A DNA stretch of 61,498 nt, filler included, from Deltaproteobacteria bacterium (GCA_016202395.1; 4 parts of 4 records of this genome joined end to end with filler, not necessarily neighbours in it), one strand, 5' to 3'; counted from the first letter of the whole stretch, positions 37,689-49,020 are shown. The notes: a model not told the origin generated them from the sequence alone. Translations and numbers: made by a program.

Positions 37689-39314
37689 GTGGAAATTGAA
37701 AAGGAGATCCCTTTGACCGAAGGTCATAAAAAGAAAGCTCCATCCAAGCCTAAAGATTCCGGGCAAAACTTGAAGGAGGCTCCATTGGAGGAGCTTAGGC
37801 GTCGCAATGCGGAGGCGGAAAGAGGGGGAGGAGAGGATCGGGTTGAAAAACAGCATGCTGCAGGGAAACTCACCGCTCGAGAACGGATTGATCTTCTTTT
37901 AGATCCTGGCTCTTTTGTAGAAATTGACAAGTTTGTCACTCATCGTTGCACCGATTTTGGGATGGAAAATAAGAAAATTCCAGGAGATGGGGTGGTCACG
38001 GGTTACGGTCGAATCGAGGGTCGACTCGTCTATGTTTTTTCCCAAGACTTTACCGTTTTTGGTGGCTCCCTGGGGATGGCCTTTGCCAACAAGGTTTGCA
38101 AGATCATGGATATGGCGATGAAGACTGGAGCCCCCGTAATTGGCTTGAACGATTCCGGTGGAGCCCGCATCCAAGAAGGGGTTGAGAGCCTTGCCGGTTA
38201 TGCCAATATCTTCCTTAGAAACACATTGAGTTCTGGCGTCATCCCTCAGATCTCGGCGATTATGGGGCCTTGTGCGGGGGGGGCGGTTTATTCTCCGGCC
38301 ATTACCGATTTCGTTTTTATGGTGAAAAATACGAGCTATATGTTCATCACCGGCCCGGATGTCATCAAAACGGTAACGCATGAAGAGGTGACTAAAGAGG
38401 ATCTCGGTGGAGCGGTCACGCACGCGACGAAAAGTGGCGTCGCTCATTTTGCGGCGGACAACGAAAAAGATTGTTTGTTGATGATTCGCGAGCTCCTCAA
38501 CTTTATCCCCAACAACAATTTAGAGGAAGCTCCTCGCATCCCTTGTGAAGACGATCCGATGCGAAAGGATCAAAAGCTGGCCCATCTGGTTCCCGATCAG
38601 CCGAATAAACCTTACGATATGACAGAGCTGATTCGGGCCGTGGTTGATAATCATTATTTTTTTGAAGTCCACCGAGATTATGGCCAAAACATCGTTGTCG
38701 GATTTGCTCGCCTCAACGGCCAGTCGGTGGGGATTGTGGCGAATCAACCGGCCGTGTTAGCCGGATGTCTGGATATTCATGCCTCGATCAAAGCGGCCCG
38801 TTTTGTCCGTTTCTGCGATTGCTTTAATATTCCGATTGTTACTTTTGTGGATGTTCCAGGATTCTTGCCGGGGACTGATCAAGAATATGGTGGAATCATT
38901 TTGCATGGAGCCAAACTGCTCTATGCCTTTGCGGAAGCAACCGTTCCAAAGGTTACGATCATTACGCGCAAGGCCTATGGCGGCGCTTATGACGTTATGT
39001 CGAGCAAGCACATTCGGGCCGATATCAATTTTGCCTATCCGACGGCCGAATGCGCGGTGATGGGGCCTGAAGGAGCGGTCAATATTATTTTTAGAAAAGA
39101 GATTGAGGAGGCCAAGAGCGCAGAAGAGCGACAACGTCTGGTTCGAGAATATCGGGAAAAGTTTGCTAATCCTTGGACAGTAGCGGAGCTAGGATTTATT
39201 GACGAAGTGATTCTGCCGGAGGAGACTCGACCGAAGTTAATCGGGGCTTTGAACATGCTTCGCAATAAACGGGACAAGAATCCGGCCAGGAAGCACGGAA
39301 ACATTCCACTTTAG
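37689..39314 (+). CDS. pccB: propionyl-CoA carboxylase beta (carboxyltransferase) subunit
   Basis: [57 protein letters not shown]. Confidence 0.92.
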   Translation: MEIEKEIPLTEGHKKKAPSKPKDSGQNLKEAPLEELRRRNAEAERGGGEDRVEKQHAAGKLTARERIDLLLDPGSFVEIDKFVTHRCTDFGMENKKIPGDGVVTGYGRIEGRLVYVFSQDFTVFGGSLGMAFANKVCKIMDMAMKTGAPVIGLNDSGGARIQEGVESLAGYANIFLRNTLSSGVIPQISAIMGPCAGGAVYSPAITDFVFMVKNTSYMFITGPDVIKTVTHEEVTKEDLGGAVTHATKSGVAHFAADNEKDCLLMIRELLNFIPNNNLEEAPRIPCEDDPMRKDQKLAHLVPDQPNKPYDMTELIRAVVDNHYFFEVHRDYGQNIVVGFARLNGQSVGIVANQPAVLAGCLDIHASIKAARFVRFCDCFNIPIVTFVDVPGFLPGTDQEYGGIILHGAKLLYAFAEATVPKVTIITRKAYGGAYDVMSSKHIRADINFAYPTAECAVMGPEGAVNIIFRKEIEEAKSAEERQRLVREYREKFANPWTVAELGFIDEVILPEETRPKLIGALNMLRNKRDKNPARKHGNIPL

Positions 39315-39315
39315 G

Positions 39316-40830
39316 ATGTTCAAAAAAATTCTCATAGCGAATCGCGGAGAGATCGCCGTTCGGGTGATTCGAGCCTGTCACGAGCTCGATATCGAGGCGG
39401 TCGCGGTTTACTCGGAGGCCGATCGCAAAGCCCTTCATGTTCGCTATGCCGATGAGGCCTACTGCATTGGTCCTGCCCCTTCTCCGCAAAGTTACCTTCG
39501 AACTGACAAGATTTTAGAAGTCGCCAAAAAATCCAAAGCGGAGGCCGTTCACCCCGGTTACGGTTTCCTCGCAGAGAATCCTCGATTTGCCAGAGAATGT
39601 GAAGACGCCGGGTTCGTTTTTATAGGCCCCTCCTCGAAGACGATTGAGCAGATGGGGAGCAAAGTGAGAGCCCGTCAGACGATGATTGCGGCCAAAGTCC
39701 CCGTGGTTCCTGGAACGGAAGATCCTTTGCGCGATCTAGAGCATGCTAAGGAGATCGCAGAGGAGATTGGCTATCCGATTTTTCTCAAAGCAGCGATGGG
39801 TGGAGGAGGGAAAGGGATGCGAATCGTTCGGGATCCGAACCAATTGGCTGCGGCTTTGCGCGGAGCTCAATCGGAGGCCAAATCGGCCTTTGGGGATGAC
39901 TCCGTTTATATTGAGAGGGCGCTAGAAAAACCTCGCCATATCGAATTTCAGATTCTCGCGGATAATCATGGAGAAATCGTTCATCTCTTTGAACGGGAGT
40001 GCTCCATTCAACGTCGCCATCAAAAAGTCATTGAGGAAACCCCCTCGACATTTCTCGACCCCATGATGCGTCAGAAAATGGGGGAGATCGCAAAGCAAGC
40101 CGCCAAAGCGGCCGGTTATCGCAATGCGGGGACCATCGAATTTTTAGTCGACCAACATCGCAATTTCTATTTTTTGGAGATGAATACGCGCATCCAAGTA
40201 GAGCATCCCATCACCGAGCGAGTCGTGGGAGTCGATTTAGTGAAGGCCCAAATTGAGATTGCTGCGGGGAGATCCCTTCCATTCAAACAACAGAATCTCG
40301 TTCAAACGGGGCATGCCATCGAGTGTCGAATCTGTGCCGAGGATCCTGCCAATCAATTTCTTCCGTCTGCAGGGTTGATCAAAGGATTGCGAACCCCAGG
40401 GGGATTTGGAGTGCGTGAGGACACCGGCATCTTTGAAGGATGGGAGATCCCTGTGTTTTATGACCCGCTCCTTTCAAAGTTGGTGGCTTGGGGGGAGGAT
40501 CGAACGGATGCGATTCGGCGGATGACCCGTTGTTTGGAAGAGTATCAACTTTTGGGAGTCAAAACGAATATTCCATTTCATCTTTGGGTGATGCGCAACG
40601 ATTATTTTTTACAAGGCGACTACGATACCCATTTCATCGACACCCATTTTAGTAAAGAGAATCTCATTCAAAGTAGTCATCACAAAGAGGTGGCCTGGAT
40701 TGGAGCTGCGCTGGAAGCCTGGCATCGGGATCAAAAAAGGTTGCGAATGATGTTAAGCGCTCCTGGAGGAGGATCTGCGGATTCTCCGTGGAAATTGCAG
40801 GGCCGCCGTGAAGCGTTAGGATTGGATTAA
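39316..40830 (+). CDS. accC: biotin carboxylase subunit of an acyl-CoA carboxylase
   Basis: KILIANRGEIAVR, HPGYGFLAEN, GGGGKGMR, ERECSIQRRHQK, EMNTRIQVEH. Confidence 0.9.
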   Translation: MFKKILIANRGEIAVRVIRACHELDIEAVAVYSEADRKALHVRYADEAYCIGPAPSPQSYLRTDKILEVAKKSKAEAVHPGYGFLAENPRFARECEDAGFVFIGPSSKTIEQMGSKVRARQTMIAAKVPVVPGTEDPLRDLEHAKEIAEEIGYPIFLKAAMGGGGKGMRIVRDPNQLAAALRGAQSEAKSAFGDDSVYIERALEKPRHIEFQILADNHGEIVHLFERECSIQRRHQKVIEETPSTFLDPMMRQKMGEIAKQAAKAAGYRNAGTIEFLVDQHRNFYFLEMNTRIQVEHPITERVVGVDLVKAQIEIAAGRSLPFKQQNLVQTGHAIECRICAEDPANQFLPSAGLIKGLRTPGGFGVREDTGIFEGWEIPVFYDPLLSKLVAWGEDRTDAIRRMTRCLEEYQLLGVKTNIPFHLWVMRNDYFLQGDYDTHFIDTHFSKENLIQSSHHKEVAWIGAALEAWHRDQKRLRMMLSAPGGGSADSPWKLQGRREALGLD

Positions 40831-40831
40831 C

Positions 40832-41344
40832 ATGGCTTACGAAATAGAATCGGATGGGAAAAAAATAGAGATTGAAATTGAACCCGCTGAGACAGAGGGA
40901 ATCTTTAATGTTCGGATCGGAGATCAGAAGTTTCATGTGGATGGAATTCCTACCGGCGAGGGCTCTTATTCTATTCTTATCGATGGGCAGTCTTATGAGA
41001 TAGATATCGACGTGCGAGAGGATCGGTATCGTGTGGTGGTCAATGGAGAGTTTTACGAATTGGATCTTCGAGATGAGCGCCGTCGTCGTCCCACCGTGAC
41101 CGCCGTTTTAGAGACCCCCTCTGGAGCTCAGTTGGTTTCGGCTCCCATGGCTGGGAAGGTTCTGGATATTTTAGTGGTTGCGGGTCAATCGGTTGAAAAA
41201 GATCAAGGCGTGATGGTCATTGAAGCGATGAAGATGGAAAATGAACTCCGCTCTCCGATTCAGGGGGTGGTGAAAGAGGTCTATGTCAAAAGAGGGGAGG
41301 CAGTGGAGCCCAAGGCCAAGCTGCTGTTGGTTGAGGGGAGTTAG
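40832..41344 (+). CDS. biotin carboxyl carrier subunit
   Basis: SAPMAGKV and EAMKMENE biotinylation motif. Confidence 0.9.
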   Translation: MAYEIESDGKKIEIEIEPAETEGIFNVRIGDQKFHVDGIPTGEGSYSILIDGQSYEIDIDVREDRYRVVVNGEFYELDLRDERRRRPTVTAVLETPSGAQLVSAPMAGKVLDILVVAGQSVEKDQGVMVIEAMKMENELRSPIQGVVKEVYVKRGEAVEPKAKLLLVEGS

Positions 41345-42943
41345 ATGAGGTCAAAAGAGCAGAAACCATTTGAAACATTATCTGGAATTCCAGTCCAAGA
41401 GGTTTACACCGAAAAAGATCTTCAGGAAATCGATGCCGTTGAAGATATCGGTTCTCCGGGGGAATTTCCTTTTACCCGCGGCGTTCAGCCCACGATGTAT
41501 CGCGGACGGCTCTGGACGATGCGTCAGTACGCAGGCTTTGGAACGGCCGAGGAAACCAACAAACGTTTTCGATACCTTCTCGACCATGGGCAAACGGGTC
41601 TTTCTGTGGCCTTCGATCTTCCCACACAGATGGGATATGACTCCGATCATCCGATGAGCCGAGGAGAGGTGGGGCGTGTCGGCGTGGCGATCGACTCCCT
41701 CGAAGACATGGAGACCTTGCTCGATAAGATTCCTCTCGATAAGGTCAGCACCTCGATGACCATCAATGCCACCGCAGCGATCCTCCTTTGTCTTTACATT
41801 GCGGTTGGAGAAAAACGGGGCATCCCTTTCAAAAAACTCAGCGGAACAGTTCAGAACGACATTTTGAAGGAATATATTGCGCGTGGGACCTACATCTATC
41901 CGGCCGCAGGCTCCATGCGCATCATCACCGATCTCTTTGCCTTCTGCAAAGATCATGTTCCTCAGTGGAATACCATCAGCATCAGTGGTTACCACATGCG
42001 GGAAGCGGGGTGCACCGCAGTGCAAGAGGTTGCCTTTACGTTAGGCAATGCCATCGCTTACGTCGAAGCGGCGCTTAGAGCAGGTCTTGAAATCGATAAT
42101 GTTGCCTCTCGCCTTTCTTTCTTTTTTTGTGTCCATAACGATTTTTTGGAAGAGATTGCCAAGTTTCGCGCGGCCCGTCGCTTGTGGGCTCATATGATGA
42201 AGGAACGATTCAAAGCTAAAAATCCCCGTTCCTGGATGCTCCGTTTTCATTCCCAAACGGCGGGTGTAAGCCTCATGGCCCAACAACCCAAAAATAATAT
42301 TGTTCGTGTAACAATGCAGGCCTTGGCCGCTGTCTTAGGAGGGACTCAATCGTTGCACACGAATTCTTATGATGAAGCGTTGGCCCTCCCCACCGAGGAA
42401 TCCGTTCGAGTCGCGCTTCGGACGCAGCAAATTATCGCGGAAGAATCGGGGGTTGCAAACACCGTCGATCCTATCGCGGGCTCCTATTTTGTTGAAAATC
42501 TTACGGAAGAAATTGAAAAGAAGGCCCGAGAATATCTAGATAAGATTGACGCGATGGGAGGAATGATCCGAGCGATTGAACAAGGCTATGTTCAGAAAGA
42601 GATTCAAGATAGCGCTTACCGTTATCAAAAAGAGATTGAACAAAAAGAGCGAATCGTTGTGGGGGTCAATGCCTATCCAGAAGACAAGCCCCATGGTGAG
42701 GAAATCCTTCGAGTCGATCCTACCCTGGAGCGTAAACAATGCGAGAGATTGAAGACTTTACGGGAGCGCAGAGATAAAGAGAAAGTTCGTATCGCCTTGG
42801 AAAAACTAGAAGAGGCAGCTCAAGGGAAAGAGAATCTGATGCCTTTTATTCTTGAGGCCGTTCGTTCTCAAGTGACTCTGGGGGAAATTTCGGATGCGCT
42901 TCGGGGAGTCTTTGGTCTCCACCGCGAAAAGATCGTAGTTTAA
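41345..42943 (+). CDS. methylmalonyl-CoA mutase family, substrate-binding subunit (no B12-binding domain)
   Basis: [51 protein letters not shown]; lacks a C-terminal DxHxxG. Confidence 0.92.
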   Translation: MRSKEQKPFETLSGIPVQEVYTEKDLQEIDAVEDIGSPGEFPFTRGVQPTMYRGRLWTMRQYAGFGTAEETNKRFRYLLDHGQTGLSVAFDLPTQMGYDSDHPMSRGEVGRVGVAIDSLEDMETLLDKIPLDKVSTSMTINATAAILLCLYIAVGEKRGIPFKKLSGTVQNDILKEYIARGTYIYPAAGSMRIITDLFAFCKDHVPQWNTISISGYHMREAGCTAVQEVAFTLGNAIAYVEAALRAGLEIDNVASRLSFFFCVHNDFLEEIAKFRAARRLWAHMMKERFKAKNPRSWMLRFHSQTAGVSLMAQQPKNNIVRVTMQALAAVLGGTQSLHTNSYDEALALPTEESVRVALRTQQIIAEESGVANTVDPIAGSYFVENLTEEIEKKAREYLDKIDAMGGMIRAIEQGYVQKEIQDSAYRYQKEIEQKERIVVGVNAYPEDKPHGEEILRVDPTLERKQCERLKTLRERRDKEKVRIALEKLEEAAQGKENLMPFILEAVRSQVTLGEISDALRGVFGLHREKIVV

Positions 42944-44052
42944 TCCATCGGTTCGTTAAAATGAGTTCCTTCGGAGTAAAGTTGTTCTATGAGTTCTTTG
43001 GTCCGTTGAGACGCTTTCCCATCTAATTGATGAAAGAAGTAATCTCGTTGTTGGTTCGCTAGGCCGCGCATAGCCTCTGTAGGATTTAAAGCTCGCTCAA
43101 TCCCCTGGCGTAATTGGCTTGGGTGGTCCACATGGACAAAAGCGTCTTTTAGAAAATCACGGTTATCCATAAGCAGCAAGGAGCGGTCCCCTTCATGGAA
43201 CCGTTCTTTTTCAAGATCATAGATCACGCCGGTTTTTCCCGTTGCTAAAAAATCAAAAGTGGTGCTGGATGCTTCTGAAATGAGCGTGTCTGCGGCAAAC
43301 ATGTAAGGGAGAATATTGTACTCCTCTTTTGGAAGCAACACGGCATGAGGATATTTCCAAAGACGTTGTTGGATGACATAGTGTTGGCTATGACGGGCAA
43401 ACTTTCCCATCCAGGCGTAGTGGTGCAGTTTGATGATGAGGTTGTAATCTGGAGTCGCTTCAAAAATCGCCTCTTTAAGATCGTAAACACAAGTCGGTTT
43501 GTAGGTGGGTGAGAAGAGGACGGTCTTTTTCTTAGGATCCAATCCCAATTTTTTCAAAATCTCTTCTCGATGATAATGACCCTTGAAAATAGGATCCAGT
43601 TTTGGCAGCCCCACCTTATAAGCCTCGGAAAGACCTAAAGAATGGGTCTCTCTCATGACGTCCATGCGATACTCCCCTTCGACGAGAAAGATATAGCGGT
43701 GATGTTTTCGGGTTTGAAGTGTGCGATAAAGAAGCCCCTTTATTCCTGTGCCATGGTTTAAAAAACAGAGTAATGTCTTTCCATATTTGGCCTCATCCAC
43801 GGTGTCTGGGCAGACCACGATATCAAAATGTTCTTTTTCATCGGAAATCTTGTGCCCTTCTTTTTGAAACTGTCGAATATATTTTTTGGTTCGATCCAAT
43901 TCAAAAATATAAAATCTTCGAACCATTTCGTGGGTTAGTGAAAGATAAACATCAAACTTGGGATCCTTTTCAAACACTTCCAAGAGCGGATCGTAGGCCG
44001 CCTTATGGTAGAGATAAAACATTTTGAAGAGGATTTTTATTTTTTTAGTCAT
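42940..44052 (-). CDS. CDP-glycerol glycerophosphotransferase (TagF/TagB-like) family protein
   Basis: [43 protein letters not shown] motifs; start uncertain (44052 or 44097). Confidence 0.8.
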   Translation of the reverse strand: MTKKIKILFKMFYLYHKAAYDPLLEVFEKDPKFDVYLSLTHEMVRRFYIFELDRTKKYIRQFQKEGHKISDEKEHFDIVVCPDTVDEAKYGKTLLCFLNHGTGIKGLLYRTLQTRKHHRYIFLVEGEYRMDVMRETHSLGLSEAYKVGLPKLDPIFKGHYHREEILKKLGLDPKKKTVLFSPTYKPTCVYDLKEAIFEATPDYNLIIKLHHYAWMGKFARHSQHYVIQQRLWKYPHAVLLPKEEYNILPYMFAADTLISEASSTTFDFLATGKTGVIYDLEKERFHEGDRSLLLMDNRDFLKDAFVHVDHPSQLRQGIERALNPTEAMRGLANQQRDYFFHQLDGKASQRTKELIEQLYSEGTHFNEPMD

Positions 44053-44112
44053 CCTGAGCGTAGCGAAGGATCCCGCCGAAGTCACGAGATCCTTCACTTC
44101 GTTCAGGATGAC
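44048..44112. repeat. palindromic REP/RPE-like element (GTCATCCTGAG...CAGGATGAC)
   Basis: GTCATCCTGAGCGTAGCGAAGGATC...GATCCTTCACTTCGTTCAGGATGAC imperfect inverted repeat. Confidence 0.8.
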
Positions 44113-44117
44113 CCCGC

Positions 44118-45011
44118 TTATAGCGGGGTCATTTCAGCAATGCCATTCTTAATCACGGGGATCCCTTCAGGATTGTAGGTTTCATAACCGTAGACTTTTC
44201 GTCCCTCTTTTTCTCCTTCTTTCCATATCTCGGTTCGAATGGTTTGTCCCGGAAAAACCGGTTTAGAAAATCGAACAGAAAGACGTTTTAAGCGACGAGG
44301 GTCTCCATCGCATAAATGATCGATAATTACTTTGGACGTAAAAGCCATGGTGCAGAGCCCGTGGACAATACGCATGGGGAGCCCTGCCATTTGAGCGACT
44401 TCGTCGTACAAGTGGATCGGATTTTGATCGCCAGAAGCCTCCGCGTAGCGCTGCGTTTGATCTTCATCGATCTTCTGCTCTTTCGTCAGAATGCGCGGTT
44501 TCTTGGGTTCTTCTACGGGACTTGTCTCACTTCCTGATTTTTTATCTTTTTTGGGAGCTCTAAAAAACAGAGGAGAGAAGGTCTCTTGCACCAATTTTCC
44601 ATTTCGAAACGAGCGCGAGCCTACCACGAGGATCTCCCCGGAACTTTTTTCTTCGATCCCTTGGATAAAACCTTCAACTTCCACTTGATCTCCAGGACGC
44701 ACCCACTCATGAAATCTCATATCTTGTTCTCCATGGACGACTCGCAGAAGAGCCTCGGGCGTTACTCCTAGCGTTTCATCGCTAATCGCTTGAGTCATCG
44801 CACTCCAGGAGTAAGCGACACCATACATCGGAGGGATTACGATCCCTTCTTTTCGACTTTTATCAAAAAACCAGGGGTTGTTTTCATTGTAGGCGCGAGC
44901 ATAGGCTTGGGCCGCCTCTTCCGTAATTGGGAATACTTGACGAGGATATGTTTTACCGACTGCGTCTTTATTGAGCAGCATCTTCTTCCTCTCTATTTTC
45001 TTTGTTGTCAT
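44118..45011 (-). CDS. MaoC-family double hot-dog (R)-enoyl-CoA hydratase
   Basis: VVHGEQ, YAEASGDQNPIH, IVHGLCT, VRFSKPVFPG; alternative start at 44981 with an AGGA RBS. Confidence 0.88.
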   Translation of the reverse strand: MTTKKIERKKMLLNKDAVGKTYPRQVFPITEEAAQAYARAYNENNPWFFDKSRKEGIVIPPMYGVAYSWSAMTQAISDETLGVTPEALLRVVHGEQDMRFHEWVRPGDQVEVEGFIQGIEEKSSGEILVVGSRSFRNGKLVQETFSPLFFRAPKKDKKSGSETSPVEEPKKPRILTKEQKIDEDQTQRYAEASGDQNPIHLYDEVAQMAGLPMRIVHGLCTMAFTSKVIIDHLCDGDPRRLKRLSVRFSKPVFPGQTIRTEIWKEGEKEGRKVYGYETYNPEGIPVIKNGIAEMTPL

Positions 45012-45079
45012 TCTGAGCTGAAGGCGAAGAATCTCGTTTTTATCGCGAGATCCTTCGACCCTTTGAGTCTCAGGATGAC
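45007..45079. repeat. palindromic REP/RPE-like element, same family as 44048-44112
   Basis: GTCATTCTGAG...CGAAGAATCTCG-N8-CGAGATCCTTCG...CTCAGGATGAC. Confidence 0.8.
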
Positions 45080-45086
45080 CTCAGGG

Positions 45087-45731
45087 TTAGATCGGTTTGC
45101 CATTCAACCACGGACCTCGCTCTCTCCAACAAGGCTCGAGCGAAGTCACCTGATTGATCGTTTTAAACTCTGCCTTGCTATTAATCACTTCCAGCGTTGA
45201 GATCGAGCCATTATCGATCCGGATTTTTCGAAAATCAGACAGCGGAATATTTAAGTAATGGGCCACAATTCCACGGATTGGATCCCCGTGAGAAACGAGG
45301 GCTATCGTTTGATCCGAGAACTTTTTGCTGAATTGCTCCACCAACTTCACTCCGCGCGCCTGCACGTCCCCTAGACTTTCCCCCCCTGGAAATGCCGTGT
45401 GGATTGGGTCTGCCACCAGCTGGCAGTAGAAAGCATCTTGAGGGAGTTCATGATAGTAACGCCCTTCCCAGTCGCCGTAATGGACCTCTTGCAAGGCTTT
45501 TTCCACAGCAATCTTTAGCTTTAAACCTTTAGCAATGATCTCGGCGGTTTGCAAAGCTCGCAGAATCGGGCTTGAGAAAAGATGATCGATTTGGAAAGAG
45601 GAGATCAACTCCGCAACTTTTTTTGCCTGTTCTCTTCCCTTCGCATTTAATGGGATAGGGGCATGTCCCATGACTTGGGCTGTGCGATTCCCATCCGCCT
45701 CCCCATGCCGAATTAAAAGAAATAAAGCCAT
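45087..45731 (-). CDS. histidine phosphatase family protein
   Basis: LIRHGE, SSPILRALQTA, E..YGDWEG, PGGES, VSHGD. Confidence 0.9.
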   Translation of the reverse strand: MALFLLIRHGEADGNRTAQVMGHAPIPLNAKGREQAKKVAELISSFQIDHLFSSPILRALQTAEIIAKGLKLKIAVEKALQEVHYGDWEGRYYHELPQDAFYCQLVADPIHTAFPGGESLGDVQARGVKLVEQFSKKFSDQTIALVSHGDPIRGIVAHYLNIPLSDFRKIRIDNGSISTLEVINSKAEFKTINQVTSLEPCWRERGPWLNGKPI

Positions 45732-45820
45732 CGGGTGAAAGCTAGCATTTCAAAGCTAAGCCCGTCAAACTTCAACAGAATGCTTTGCAAACGTCGCAAA
45801 TATTTGATAGCTTGCTCAGG

Positions 45821-46942
45821 ATGAAAAGAGCACAACTCATTGTGGCGGATAGTGAAAAGGATGCCAACATCCTTTACGCGACCCGATTTTTTGCTCCCGA
45901 TCCTTTTATTTTCTTGCGAATAGAGGGTAGAAAGTTCATCGTCCTCAGTGATTTGGAGATGGATCGTGGGAAAAAGCAGGCCTCGGTGGACGCCGTTCTC
46001 TCCTCTTCGGAGATCGCTAAAAAGCTTAAAAGTCAAGGGGTTGTCTCGAGCTTCGAAGAGATCATTGTGCATCTTCTGCGTCAATATCGCGTCAAATCGG
46101 TGGAGGTTCCGTCTAGTTTTTCGATCCGTCTTGCCGACGCTCTCCGAAAAAAAGGTTTCCAGATCCAATCGAAGCCAGACCCCTTTTTTGAAGAACGTCA
46201 GTTCAAGCGCGCCGATGAAATCGCGGCCATAGAGGCCTCTGTGCGTGCCGTGGAGGTTGGTTTTGAAAAAGGGGTTCAAGCTTTGAAGAGGGCTCGTGTC
46301 CGACAAGATCGGAGGCTCACACTCGACGGAGATGTTTTAACCTCGGAGCGCCTACGCGCGATTATTAACACCACCATCTTGTCTTTGGGTTTCATCCCTT
46401 CCAATACCATTGTGGCCTGTGGGAAACAGAGCGCCGATCCGCATGAACGAGGATCCGGTCCTCTTCGCGCCGGCGAGCCGATTATTGTTGACATCTTTCC
46501 TCGTTGCGAGAAAACAGGTTACTATGGCGATTTCACTCGGACCGTGGTAAAAGGGGGAGCGTCCCCTCGTTTGAGGGAGATGTATGACGCGGTTTTACAG
46601 GGGCAACGATGGGCTATCCGTCAGGTACAAGATGGAGTTTCGGGGGCTCCGATTCATCAGGGGCTTCTCGATCTCTTTCGTTCGAAGGGGTTTCCAACGG
46701 GGGAGGTGGATGGCCGTAGGGAGGGTTTTTTCCATGGCACCGGTCATGGCGTGGGGCTAGAGATTCACGAGGCTCCACGGATTAGCTCCGTGCCTGCAAT
46801 ACTTCGCAAAGGGCATGTGGTGACGGTGGAACCGGGGCTTTACTATTCCGATCTCGGCGGTGTACGGCTCGAAGACATTGTGGTGGTTACAGAGAAATCG
46901 GCCCGTAACTTGATGAAATATCAGAAGGTTTTTGAAATTTAA
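45821..46942 (+). CDS. M24 family Xaa-Pro aminopeptidase
   Basis: DPH, VDIFPR, GYYGDFTRT, HGTGHGVGLEIHE, TVEPGLY, GGVRLED; start moved to ATG 45821. Confidence 0.9.
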   Translation: MKRAQLIVADSEKDANILYATRFFAPDPFIFLRIEGRKFIVLSDLEMDRGKKQASVDAVLSSSEIAKKLKSQGVVSSFEEIIVHLLRQYRVKSVEVPSSFSIRLADALRKKGFQIQSKPDPFFEERQFKRADEIAAIEASVRAVEVGFEKGVQALKRARVRQDRRLTLDGDVLTSERLRAIINTTILSLGFIPSNTIVACGKQSADPHERGSGPLRAGEPIIVDIFPRCEKTGYYGDFTRTVVKGGASPRLREMYDAVLQGQRWAIRQVQDGVSGAPIHQGLLDLFRSKGFPTGEVDGRREGFFHGTGHGVGLEIHEAPRISSVPAILRKGHVVTVEPGLYYSDLGGVRLEDIVVVTEKSARNLMKYQKVFEI

Positions 46943-47022
46943 GAGGCGCCCTAAGGTTTCATTGATTTTGGGAGGATAGATTGTTACAATTGAAAGATAA
47001 GAGAGAACTTGGGGGGGATTTT

Positions 47023-47382
47023 ATGGCTTCAATCTTGATTGTCGATGATGAGCCGTTGATGCGTCGGAATCTCAAGATGCTTTTGAGTCGCAATGGGTAT
47101 CAGACTGCAGAGGCCTCGGATGGGTTGGAGGCTCTCAATGTTGTTCAGCAGTCCAAATTCGATCTCGTCATCACCGATTATAAAATGCCAGGGATGGATG
47201 GCTTGGAGTTTGCTCGAGCGGTTCATGTGGAGCAGCCCAATCTTCCTGTTTTTATGGTGACCGCGTTTTTGGGGGATGATATCGAGAAAGCGGCTCTTCA
47301 ATATGGCGTCAAAGCTTTGATGACCAAGCCTGTAGTTCTCGAAGAATTACTCCAAAAGGTGCGTCAAATGGTTGCGAGTTAG
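47023..47382 (+). CDS. single-domain response regulator (CheY-like)
   Basis: ILIVDDE, DLVITDYKMPGMDG, VTA, KP; no output domain. Confidence 0.9.
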   Translation: MASILIVDDEPLMRRNLKMLLSRNGYQTAEASDGLEALNVVQQSKFDLVITDYKMPGMDGLEFARAVHVEQPNLPVFMVTAFLGDDIEKAALQYGVKALMTKPVVLEELLQKVRQMVAS

Positions 47383-48395
47383 TCACGGCCTAGACCGGCC
47401 TTTTTCTTCACTTCTAACATCGTTTTTTCAGCAATGGCGCTGGCGGTCTGCGCTCCCCTTTCCAGAATGAAGTGGACCTCGGATCGGCTTTCCTGGAAAT
47501 GCTTCATTTTTGTTTGGATGGGGGTCAGCGCGGAGATAATCACCTCCGCAAGATCCTCCTTAAAAGGGGCGTAAGAGGCCCCGTGGTACTGGTTTTCAAG
47601 CTCGGCAATCGATTGGCCTGAGAAAAGGCTATAGATGGTGAGAAGGTTGGCCACCGCAGGTTTCTCTTGTTCGTCGTAGCGAATCTCCCTTCCCGAGTCG
47701 GTTACCGCTTTTTTGAGCTTGCGGCGAATGACGTCCGGTGCGTCAAGAAGACGAACCGTGTGATAGTCGCTGGCTGCGCTTTTTGACATTTTTTTAGTGG
47801 GGTCATCGAGCCCCATGATTCGGGCCCCTTGAGGGCGGATATCGGGTGTGGGGACCACAAACGTCTTGCCAAAGCGTCCGTTAAAACGCTCTGCAAGATC
47901 TCGGGCTAGCTCCAGATGTTGCTTTTGATCCTCTCCGACCGGCACGACATCGGTTTGATAGAGCAGGATATCGGCTGCCATCAGTACAGGATAATTGAAC
48001 AACCCTACACCGACCGATTCGACCTCCCCTTTGGATTTATCTTTGAACTGAGTCATCCGGCGGAGCTCTCCCATCGTAGCGATACAGTCAAGGATCCAGG
48101 TGAGCTCGGTGTGCTCCGGCACATCGGATTGGACGAAAAGGGTCGATCTCTCAGGGTGGATGCCGCAGGCGAGAAAAAGGGCGGCGGCTTGCCAGATGTT
48201 TTGTCGTAATGTTTTAGGGTCTTGGGGAGTCGTGATGGCATGGTAGTCGACCACGCAAAAGAGGGATTCGTACCGCTCTTGGATCTCAAGCCAATTTCGA
48301 ATAGCCCCAAGGTAATTCCCAATGTGGAGATCGCCGCTCGGCTGAACCCCACTAAAGGCCCTTTGAGGCTGGATGCGTTTTTCTCCCACTGTCAT
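47379..48395 (-). CDS. trpS: tryptophan--tRNA ligase
   Basis: SGVQPSG, HIGN, YPVLMAADILLY, VPVGEDQKQH, KMSKS. Confidence 0.96.
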   Translation of the reverse strand: MTVGEKRIQPQRAFSGVQPSGDLHIGNYLGAIRNWLEIQERYESLFCVVDYHAITTPQDPKTLRQNIWQAAALFLACGIHPERSTLFVQSDVPEHTELTWILDCIATMGELRRMTQFKDKSKGEVESVGVGLFNYPVLMAADILLYQTDVVPVGEDQKQHLELARDLAERFNGRFGKTFVVPTPDIRPQGARIMGLDDPTKKMSKSAASDYHTVRLLDAPDVIRRKLKKAVTDSGREIRYDEQEKPAVANLLTIYSLFSGQSIAELENQYHGASYAPFKEDLAEVIISALTPIQTKMKHFQESRSEVHFILERGAQTASAIAEKTMLEVKKKAGLGRD

Positions 48396-48450
48396 AGGAG
48401 GCCTTTTGATATCACAAATAACATTAAATTTAAAGTTTTATCGATTCCTC

Positions 48451-48478
48451 TTGACAACGGATGCAGAACGGATAAAAT
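48451..48478 (+). promoter_or_regulatory. putative sigma70 promoter of pal
   Basis: TTGACA-N16-TAAAAT upstream of the AGGAGG RBS and ATG 48519. Confidence 0.55.
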
Positions 48479-48518
48479 CGGTTCAGATTTTAATACTTTT
48501 CTAAGGAGGAGGACTGGT

Positions 48519-48989
48519 ATGAAAACCAATGGTGTGAGAACGAACTTGAAGGCCGTGATAATCCTTTTAATTGCGGGTATTGCTCTTTCGGGTTGTCCCA
48601 AAAAGCCGCCCCAGCCGACCGAAGAATCGGTGGCAGAGGAGGTTTCTAAGATAGGGGCCCCTGCCGAGAGGCCCACCAAGCCGATCTATTTCGACTTTGA
48701 TCAGTCGATTGTTCGGGAGGATCAGAAGCCCATCCTTAAATCTTTGGCGGCATGGCTCCGCGAGAATTCGAAGGGAAAGCTCACTTTGGAGGGGCATTGC
48801 GATGAACGCGGGACAGAGGAATATAACCTCGCCTTAGGACAGCGCCGCGCCGATAGCGTAAAGAGTTATCTCGTGAGCGCCGGAGTCTCTCCAGATCGCC
48901 TGAAGACGATCAGCTATGGAGAGGAAAAGCCTGCTGATAGTGGGCACGATGAGGCCGCATGGGCTAAGAATCGCCGCGTTCAGTATTAG
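48519..48989 (+). CDS. pal: peptidoglycan-associated lipoprotein Pal
   Basis: Lipobox LSGC, IYFDFD, EGHCDERGTEEYNLALGQRRA, ISYGEEKP, WAKNRR; start moved to ATG 48519. Confidence 0.93.
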   Translation: MKTNGVRTNLKAVIILLIAGIALSGCPKKPPQPTEESVAEEVSKIGAPAERPTKPIYFDFDQSIVREDQKPILKSLAAWLRENSKGKLTLEGHCDERGTEEYNLALGQRRADSVKSYLVSAGVSPDRLKTISYGEEKPADSGHDEAAWAKNRRVQY

Positions 48990-49020
48990 TTAGGTAAAGA
49001 GGGGATCGTGGAGTTTAGAG

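Noticed and set aside
41345..42943. Methylmalonyl-CoA mutase as a truncated pseudogene
   Set aside because: Split mutases with a separate B12-binding subunit are common, and this ORF is intact with a normal C-terminus.
45713..46306. 197-aa minus-strand ORF and similar shadow ORFs (e.g. 41378-42025, 37899-38447, 17238-17783)
   Set aside because: Antisense or frame-shifted overlaps of well-supported conserved genes, with no motifs of their own.
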